Shown here one piece after another: positions 37,313 to 43,852 of a stretch of DNA of 43,852 nucleotides. Source of the DNA: Cyanobacteria bacterium P01_A01_bin.123 (GTDB lineage: Bacteria; Cyanobacteriota; Cyanobacteriia; Phormidesmidales; Phormidesmidaceae); assembly GCA_039815185.1 (NCBI GenBank), contig JBCBZT010000059.1:1-43852 (forward strand), given 5' to 3'. The notes under the pieces were generated by a model. The model ran no database searches. It saw only the letters and a list, made by a program, of their open reading frames with translations, and was not told the DNA's origin. Each line of letters opens with the position of its first letter. The stretch's first letter is position 1. Position numbers and translations under genes: made by a program.

Positions 37313-38740
37313 ATGTTCCAAGCCGCCGACTACCTCAACCTCCTGCAACAGATTGAGAATTTTTTTGCCGATGCTGCCACCCCCAACGCCATCACCAAGC
37401 GCCTCGATCCAGACGAATTGCGCGATCGCGTGTCCCTCGATCTCCCCACCGAAGGAACATCCCTAGAAGACCTGCAAACCGATATTGCCAACTACCTCAC
37501 CTACGCCGTCAAAACGGCCCACCCCGGTTACTTCAACCAACTTTGGGGCGGCTTCAGCGCCCCCTGCTTCATGGGAGACATGCTCACCAGCGCCACCAAC
37601 ACCTCCATGTACACCCATGAAGTTGCCCCCATCGCCACTCTGATTGAGAAAACCCTAATCGCCAAAATGGGCCAATTAGTGGGATTCCCCAATCCAGAAG
37701 GTCAATTCACCACCGGCGGCAGCAACGGCAACTTAATGGCCATGGCGATCGCCCGTCATCAAGCCCTCCCCATCCTCAAGCAAATGGGCATGGCCAATGG
37801 CCCCCAACTCATCGCCTTCATCTCCGCAGATGCCCACTACTCCTTCGCTAAAGCCGCACATCTACTCGGATTAGGCACCGCCCAACTCTGGCCCGTCCCC
37901 GTCGATCAAGCCGGAAAAATGATCGTGGCCGAATTGGAGGCGCTGATCGCCAAAGCCCATACCCAGGGGGCTCATCCCTTCTTTATCGCCGGAACGGCAG
38001 GCACCACTGTGCGCGGAGCCTACGATCCGTTTGCTGAGATCGCCGCAGTGGCCCAGCGAGAAGGGCTGTGGTTCCACGTCGATGGGGCCTGGGGAGCGAG
38101 CGTGCTGCTCAGCCCCACCCATCAGCATCTGATGCAGGGTGTTGAACTGGCTGATTCCGTAGTTTGGGATGCTCACAAAATGATGGGCATGACCCTGATG
38201 TGCTCAGTGCTGCTGGTCAAACAGCAGGGCAGAATGCTGAGTACCTTTTCCACCCACGGCACCGATTACCTGTTTCATACCGCTGAAGTAAACCCAGTTG
38301 ATTTGGGCCCCGTCGATTTAGGGCCCAGCACGATGCATTGCGGTCGGCGAGTCGATGCCGTCAAACTCTGGCTGACCTGGAAACACTTGGGCGATCGCGG
38401 CTGGGCCAGCTTAATTGACCAATATTTTGCATTGGCCGCCCAGGCAGAGGCCATCATCAATACCCACGAATCCCTAGAACTGGTAACTCCCCGCCAATCC
38501 CTCAACCTCTGCTTCCAATACATCCCCCAAAATCCCCAACGAAACCCCAACGACCTGACGCTGAAAATCCGCCAGGCCCTGATAGCAGCAGGCGTAGCAA
38601 TGGTGAACTATGCCCAAATCGGGGGCAAAGTCGTCTTTCGCCTGGTGATTTGCAACAACCAGACGCATCCAGAAGATATTGAGGCATTCTTTGAAGCCCT
38701 AATCGCGATCGGCCACCGATTAGAACAGGAGACGCTCTAA
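37313..38740 (+). CDS. Group II PLP-dependent decarboxylase, cysteine sulfinic acid decarboxylase (CSAD)-type
   Basis: HPGYFNQLW...NTSMYT.E, TTGGSNGN, AHYS, AGTAGTTV.GAYDP, WFHVDGAWG, WDAHK (PLP lysine at 38177); W-x19-S-x-Y motif at 37544-37612. Confidence 0.85.
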   Translation: MFQAADYLNLLQQIENFFADAATPNAITKRLDPDELRDRVSLDLPTEGTSLEDLQTDIANYLTYAVKTAHPGYFNQLWGGFSAPCFMGDMLTSATNTSMYTHEVAPIATLIEKTLIAKMGQLVGFPNPEGQFTTGGSNGNLMAMAIARHQALPILKQMGMANGPQLIAFISADAHYSFAKAAHLLGLGTAQLWPVPVDQAGKMIVAELEALIAKAHTQGAHPFFIAGTAGTTVRGAYDPFAEIAAVAQREGLWFHVDGAWGASVLLSPTHQHLMQGVELADSVVWDAHKMMGMTLMCSVLLVKQQGRMLSTFSTHGTDYLFHTAEVNPVDLGPVDLGPSTMHCGRRVDAVKLWLTWKHLGDRGWASLIDQYFALAAQAEAIINTHESLELVTPRQSLNLCFQYIPQNPQRNPNDLTLKIRQALIAAGVAMVNYAQIGGKVVFRLVICNNQTHPEDIEAFFEALIAIGHRLEQETL

Positions 38741-38862
38741 TGCAAACCCTAGACTTAGAAGTCCTGTTTCAGCAGTTACGCCACTATCGCGATGATCTGA
38801 GACCAGCCCTCAAGGGCCATCACACCGCAGATTTGTCGACCCTCGGGCCTTGGTTACTTTGA
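38740..38862 (+). CDS. 40-aa ORF translationally coupled to the decarboxylase (small protein or deletion remnant)
   Basis: TAATG overlap at 38738-38742 with AGGAG upstream; MQTLDLEVLFQQLRHYRDDLRPALKGHHTADLSTLGPWLL*; ends 6 nt before the next ATG. Confidence 0.45.
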   Translation: MQTLDLEVLFQQLRHYRDDLRPALKGHHTADLSTLGPWLL

Positions 38863-38868
38863 AATCCT

Positions 38869-39933
38869 ATGAAACTGCTAAGCATTTGCGATCCGACTCG
38901 ATACAGCAGTCCCCCCTTGGACGTGCCCACCTTCTATCAACACCTCGCGCGCGATTCTAGAGTGACCTTCTACCACATCCCAACGCCCAAAGTCTTTACC
39001 GGGCAATTACCCAAAGTCCAGGCAGTGCTGTCAGCGGGTGAACTCACCTATGAAGAATTTTTAGTCCTGGGGGCAGCAGCCCAAGATTGGATCAGCCTGG
39101 CAGACATTGATGTGATCTTTTGCCGCACGCTAAAACCGTTTCCACCGGGTTACCTAGATGTGTTAAACACATGGGAAAAATTTACCCGCTTTGTCAATCG
39201 ACCCGCCAGCAAAAAAGCACAAATTAAATCTGACTTCTTACTGAAAGTGGCCAAGGACTATATCCCAGCGGCAACTGTCACCTCCGACTGGACGCAGGCC
39301 CTGACCTTCTTTGAACAGTTTCAAATCATCGTCGCCAAACAAGCCAATAGCTGCGGCGGGCGCGGGGTATTCAAGATTTGGTATCAAAACGGAGCCTTTC
39401 AAGTTGACAACGTCTTGGCAAGCACGCAGACATTCCCAACCTTTCAAGCGGTGATGGGGTATCTCCAAGTTGGTCAATCTGAACCCATTCAGTTCTGCCG
39501 CTATCTCCACCGTACCCATGCCGGAGACAAACGCGTTGTCGTCGTGGATGGCGAAATTTATGGCAGTTATCTGCGCCGATCTCAAAGTGGTCATTGGGTC
39601 AATAATGTTAGCAGCGACGGGGCATGCACCCTAGCAGACCTCACCGCTGACGAGGTTGAGGCCATCCAGCATACCGTCGGGCATTATCAGGCGTTGGGAT
39701 TATACACCCTGGGTTACGACTTTTTGTTGGACGACGATGGCACCTGGCGCATCAGTGAAATCAACGCTGGCAACATTGGTGGCTTTGCTCGCCTAGAACT
39801 GCTGACCGGGCAACCCATGATGGACCGCCTGATTAGCTGGTTGATTGAATATGCCCAGCGACCTCCCCTGGATCCGATCGCACAGAGTCCGATCGCACAG
39901 ACGCCTGACTCAGCCATGATGGGAGTAACCTGA
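38869..39933 (+). CDS. ATP-grasp ligase, glutathione synthetase/RimK-like
   Basis: FVNRP, IVAKQANSCGGRGVFKI, GDKRVVVVDG, GYDFL, ISEINAGNIGG. Confidence 0.85.
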   Translation: MKLLSICDPTRYSSPPLDVPTFYQHLARDSRVTFYHIPTPKVFTGQLPKVQAVLSAGELTYEEFLVLGAAAQDWISLADIDVIFCRTLKPFPPGYLDVLNTWEKFTRFVNRPASKKAQIKSDFLLKVAKDYIPAATVTSDWTQALTFFEQFQIIVAKQANSCGGRGVFKIWYQNGAFQVDNVLASTQTFPTFQAVMGYLQVGQSEPIQFCRYLHRTHAGDKRVVVVDGEIYGSYLRRSQSGHWVNNVSSDGACTLADLTADEVEAIQHTVGHYQALGLYTLGYDFLLDDDGTWRISEINAGNIGGFARLELLTGQPMMDRLISWLIEYAQRPPLDPIAQSPIAQTPDSAMMGVT

Positions 39934-40481
39934 TGTTTAAAGTCCTGACGACAATTCCCGAACAATCCGTGTTGAACATTCGGCCAGCCAATCCGCAAGA
40001 TTACCCTGCGATCGCATCCATTTATAACGAAGCCATTGCCCATGGAGGCATCACCATGGACGGTCAACCCTACACAGTGGAAGATATTCAGGCGATCGCC
40101 CAAAAGATGAATCACCGGGAAGGCTTATGGGTGGGGGAAGTCTCTGGGCAGGCAATTGGCTGGGGGATTATCAAACGCTACAGCGATCGCATCGGGTATC
40201 AAGTTTGCTGCGAAACTTCGATCTATCTCACCTTTGCAGAAACTGGAAAAGGCTACGGTAGCGCTTTACAAAAAGCGTTAATGAAACAGGTTGCAGACTA
40301 CGGCTACCACCACATCGTGGCAAAGATTCTAGCGGCAAACTGGGGCAGTGTTCAATTTCATCAGCGGTTGGGATTTGAAATTGTAGGCACCCAAAAAGAC
40401 ATTGGGTTTATCAATGGAGCCTGGCATGACGTTGTCATCATGCAGTGTCTTTTATCGAAAATCAGAGCCGTCGTTTCTTAG
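39933..40481 (+). CDS. GNAT N-acetyltransferase (phosphinothricin/methionine-sulfoximine acetyltransferase-like)
   Basis: IRPA...D..AIASIYNEAI, ETSIYL....GKGYGSAL, N.GSVQFHQRLGFEIVG...IGF..G.WHDV; TGATG overlap with the ligase. Confidence 0.9.
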   Translation: MFKVLTTIPEQSVLNIRPANPQDYPAIASIYNEAIAHGGITMDGQPYTVEDIQAIAQKMNHREGLWVGEVSGQAIGWGIIKRYSDRIGYQVCCETSIYLTFAETGKGYGSALQKALMKQVADYGYHHIVAKILAANWGSVQFHQRLGFEIVGTQKDIGFINGAWHDVVIMQCLLSKIRAVVS

Positions 40482-40979
40482 ACAAATTTAAGATTTTTCT
40501 CAAAAGAAGCAGTGCTTCTTCAATTGTTTCTCACCTCCAACCAATCTAGCCTTGGTAACTTTAAATCAAGAGCCATTCCAAGCGTGAACAACCTGCTTTC
40601 AAGTTGACTTGATGCAGCTTATTCATACATTGCAATCGCTCCCTTTAAGGCTGTTTGGCCAAGACTATTCTTTAATTCTCCTTAAAAGTAGTCAGTCAGA
40701 CTTCAATCATTGAAAATCCCTTTTTTTAGAGGCTGCCTTAAAGGTGATTGACTTTGATATTCAGCACCTAACCCCTGCCCTGCCTAAAAAGGGAATAGAC
40801 AGCCTCAGAACCCGCCTTTATGAGAGGGGTTTAGGAAAAAAAATGTTTGGATAACAACACTAGAACTTTTCACACAGCTTTTTGCAGGAGGATGATTATC
40901 TGACGTTATTGGGACTGAGCCAAACAATATTGATTACTCCTTGTCACTTATCCCATGACTAAATTCTGAGGTTTTTACC

Positions 40980-41759
40980 ATGATCCAGACCACTTTTCAT
41001 CCGACAATGCTTAATCCTGTTAATGCTTATCCTGAGCGTCTTCAAAGGCTCATTCAAACCCTTCAACAAGCGTGCGATTTTACCCCTGGGCAAATTAGAG
41101 AGATAGTTCTAAGGGCACAGATCTCTACTGAAGACTTGATGCCTTGGGCAAATTTTGATCATCCCGTTGCAGATAGCTACGGTCGTCAGCTCGTATTTCA
41201 CGGGGGGCACTTTGAAATTATGGTAATGTCCTGGATGCCGGGAGATTTCAGCGCCATTCATGATCACGGGGCAACCGACTGGGGAGCCGTTCAATGCTTT
41301 GGAGCCGCAGAACATTACATTTATCGCTTCGCCGAAGGGGTTTTGAGTACACTCAAGACTGCCCACTATAGCCCTAGGATGGTGCATACGGTTGATCACA
41401 ACCTGATTCATCAAATGGGCAATGCCGGAGCCCGGCCCTTCCTCAGTCTCCACGTTTATGGTTGTGAACAGATTGGCGAAACCATTACTGGCAACGCTCG
41501 AATTTTTGACCTGCTAGAAGGCAGCATTCAGTACACCAATGGCGGCGTTTTCTTCAGTTTGCCAGAGGCTCAAATCAATCAACGCCTACTGGGCCTCAAG
41601 GCCGATCGAGAAACCACCCTCCGGCACCATGACCTAATGAGCGATCGCATCCGTCGCATTCTAAAAACACAACCCAACGCTGATTTAGCTCAAAAACTCG
41701 CCCTTTTGCAAACAAGGGCCCAACAGTTGAACACCTATCAATCAAGGTATCTGACATAA
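40980..41759 (+). CDS. cdo: Cysteine dioxygenase (Arg-type, cupin) with C-terminal extension
   Basis: YGR (equivalent to mammalian Y58-R60), MSW.PG..SAIHDHG, LIHQMGN, LSLHVY; 3-His iron site and Ser-His-Tyr triad. Confidence 0.85.
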   Translation: MIQTTFHPTMLNPVNAYPERLQRLIQTLQQACDFTPGQIREIVLRAQISTEDLMPWANFDHPVADSYGRQLVFHGGHFEIMVMSWMPGDFSAIHDHGATDWGAVQCFGAAEHYIYRFAEGVLSTLKTAHYSPRMVHTVDHNLIHQMGNAGARPFLSLHVYGCEQIGETITGNARIFDLLEGSIQYTNGGVFFSLPEAQINQRLLGLKADRETTLRHHDLMSDRIRRILKTQPNADLAQKLALLQTRAQQLNTYQSRYLT

Positions 41760-41814
41760 GCCCTAAAAGGGCTGTAAACGGCAGAAGCCAAAATCAAAAA
41801 TCCAAACACTAACA

Positions 41815-43833
41815 TCAGGAGGAGTTAGGAGATGATTTAGACTCATCCTGACAAAAACGGTAGAACAGATAAGCATCCTTAAAATCATGTTCATCCGTGA
41901 CATGGTGAATGATGCCGCGCATGACTAGGATTCTGCCGAGTCTCACCGCCTCTTCTCGAGATGCCAGTTGGTGCTGCATCAACCATTGCACAGCGTCACT
42001 GCCGATAAAACAGTGGCGGTAGAGGTGTAGCCCAAATCGGCGATCGCGAAGATCGACACCGTCACTGCCCCGCATTTGGGCAACCAACTCGTCGATTTCA
42101 TCGGGGGTAGGCTCATCCTTTAATTCCAGGATGTCAGACCAGTCCATCACATCGGCCAAATCAAGCGGGGTATCCGATAAAGGAGCGGATGCAGTCGCGC
42201 TACGTTGTGCTTGGTCACCGGGGTCAGCGGAAACGGGCTTGACCAACGCAGATGCCTCCCCAGTCCGTACATGTAAATCTCGCTGGGGAAAGGGAATTTC
42301 AATCTGGTAATGTCGGAGGCTCGCCTCTAGTAGATAGTACAAATCGCTTTTGATCCGGGCTTGCAGTCGGGGTTCATTAATCCAAACCAGCAGCTCAAAG
42401 TCGAGGGCACTGTCGCCAAACCCTTCAAACCAGAGTTGGGGTTTCGGGTAGCGCAGCACGCGGGGATGGCGTTTAGCGGCCTCGAGCACGACCTGACGCA
42501 CTTGCTTAATCGCTGACCCATAGGCGACCCCTAAGGGAATATGCAACCGAGAAACGGGATAACCGTGGCTCCAGTTAATCACTTTGCTGTCAATGAACTC
42601 GGCGTTGGGCACGATGATGGTGATCCGATCCAAAGTGCTAATTTCGGTACTGCGAATGCCGATGCGTTCTACGGTGCCGGTGAGATCGCCTAATTCCACG
42701 AAATCCCCGATCTGCACCGGGCGCTCTAGCAAAATAATGATTCCGCTGATGAAGTTGTTGGCGATATTTTGCAGGCCAAACCCAACCCCAACGCCGATGA
42801 CGCTAACCAAAATCGCCAGGGAGCTAATGTCTATGCCAACGGCCTGCAGCAGCACCAATACTCCCAGGGCCGTCAGGGTGATTTGAATCAGCAGCGCGAT
42901 CGCGTCTTGCACTTCACGGGCAGCTCCCACTGCCTGCAACACCCGAGCCCGAATCAGCCCAGTCATTGCCCTAACCGCCAACCAGAGCCCCAAAAGTAGC
43001 GCTAGAAGTTTGCCTAAACCCAGCACCGAGTAGCCCTGCCCCCCCAGGGTGACAATCGTGGCTGTAAACGTGTCTTGCAGAAACGTTAGCCCCTGATAGC
43101 GCACGCTACGGATCTGAGGAAACATGCTCGTTAACCCAAGGGCAAATCCGATCCAGACTCCCCACTGCACGAGCCAAAGCCCCGTCTCAACCCAACGCAA
43201 GCGCCAGTCCGGGGTGAGATTACGTCGTCGCCGCAAACGCCGTCGCAGCCATTGCAGCAGCACGTGTAAACCACCCACGCCCAACCCACCCAACAAAATA
43301 TGCCAACCCACCCGCCGTCGATAAGCTGCTGTCCGCTCATACTGGGCTTGGTTCAGAGCGGTTTGGAGTTGAGTGATCCAAAGTTCAGCCTGTTCTTCCG
43401 CAGCAATCCCGCCGATCAAATCCTCTTCTGTCAGCGTCAGGAGGTGTCGTCCAGCGACTCGCAGCGTAATTAAAGAACCCCGTTTAAACTGTCGAATCGG
43501 AATCTCCCTTTCAGCAGGGATGCGCTGCACCTGGTCTTGCAACACTTGATTGGCAAAAGCAGCCCGTTCGATCGCTGTAAACCGGGTTAGATCCCCCACA
43601 GAGAAGAGTTCCCGCCCATCCAGCACAATCGGTGCACGCATCGGCATCATTTCAGCTGGATCCTGGGCCAAAACTGTTGTCTGGAAGATCAGCAAAACAA
43701 CCGCGATCGCAGCCACGACTAGCGAAATGGCAGTTTTCAGTCGAGTCTTCCAAGGGTGACCAATGCTGTTTCCTGAATCAGTTGTCAAGATCTTCAAGGC
43801 CCCCTCTAAAAGGGCTACAGGCTCACCCCCCAA
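41815..43833 (-). CDS. MscS-family mechanosensitive channel with C-terminal DEP domain
   Basis: GVGVGFGLQNIANNFISGIIILLERPVQIGDFV, IIVPNAEF, GFGDSALDFEL, IEIPFPQRDLH; DEP-like RDRR...YRHCFIGSDAVQWL...SREEAVRLG...GIIHHVTDEHDFKDAYLFYRF. Start uncertain. Confidence 0.9.
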   Translation of the reverse strand: MGGEPVALLEGALKILTTDSGNSIGHPWKTRLKTAISLVVAAIAVVLLIFQTTVLAQDPAEMMPMRAPIVLDGRELFSVGDLTRFTAIERAAFANQVLQDQVQRIPAEREIPIRQFKRGSLITLRVAGRHLLTLTEEDLIGGIAAEEQAELWITQLQTALNQAQYERTAAYRRRVGWHILLGGLGVGGLHVLLQWLRRRLRRRRNLTPDWRLRWVETGLWLVQWGVWIGFALGLTSMFPQIRSVRYQGLTFLQDTFTATIVTLGGQGYSVLGLGKLLALLLGLWLAVRAMTGLIRARVLQAVGAAREVQDAIALLIQITLTALGVLVLLQAVGIDISSLAILVSVIGVGVGFGLQNIANNFISGIIILLERPVQIGDFVELGDLTGTVERIGIRSTEISTLDRITIIVPNAEFIDSKVINWSHGYPVSRLHIPLGVAYGSAIKQVRQVVLEAAKRHPRVLRYPKPQLWFEGFGDSALDFELLVWINEPRLQARIKSDLYYLLEASLRHYQIEIPFPQRDLHVRTGEASALVKPVSADPGDQAQRSATASAPLSDTPLDLADVMDWSDILELKDEPTPDEIDELVAQMRGSDGVDLRDRRFGLHLYRHCFIGSDAVQWLMQHQLASREEAVRLGRILVMRGIIHHVTDEHDFKDAYLFYRFCQDESKSSPNSS

Positions 43834-43852
43834 AAGCTTATCTCCCAGGTAC

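Larger units (their letters stand above)
595..42904. repeat. HIP1 octamer (GCGATCGC), dispersed throughout the window
   Basis: Examples at 595, 1386, 1989, 37422, 37745, 40008 and 41641; many more present. Confidence 0.95.

Noticed and set aside
40640..40880. Degenerate MITE-like sequence between the GNAT and cdo genes
   Set aside because: Only weak resemblance to cyanobacterial palindromic repeats; no convincing TIR pair or target duplication, so not called as a feature.

Overview
Cyanobacterial chromosomal segment, probably from a filamentous Leptolyngbya/Nodosilinea-like organism (inferred from abundant HIP1 GCGATCGC octamers, curT, glpX FBP/SBPase, a crtR-like gene and Uma2). Housekeeping genes (sbcC, ffh, glpX, holA, obgE, hflX, moaB, MPBQ/MSBQ methyltransferase) are mixed with toxin-antitoxin genes and remnants, two MITE families, two PEP-CTERM surface proteins and several pseudogene fragments. 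The most notable locus is at ~34.5-43.8 kb. It holds a PLP decarboxylase with the cysteine-sulfinate-decarboxylase (CSAD) selectivity motif W-x19-S-x-Y, a GshB-like ATP-grasp ligase, a GNAT acetyltransferase and an Arg-type cysteine dioxygenase. These are flanked by an EamA transporter, a flavodoxin-fold protein and an MscS-DEP channel. This looks like a (hypo)taurine pathway extended to make a peptide- or acetyl-taurine conjugate. Other candidates are a PAS-GAF protein with possible divergent nucleotidyl-cyclase motifs, a DnaA-box cluster, a degenerate attC-like site beside a TA pair, and a probably chimeric first ~96 bp. All family names come from recognising motifs by eye, not from database searches.
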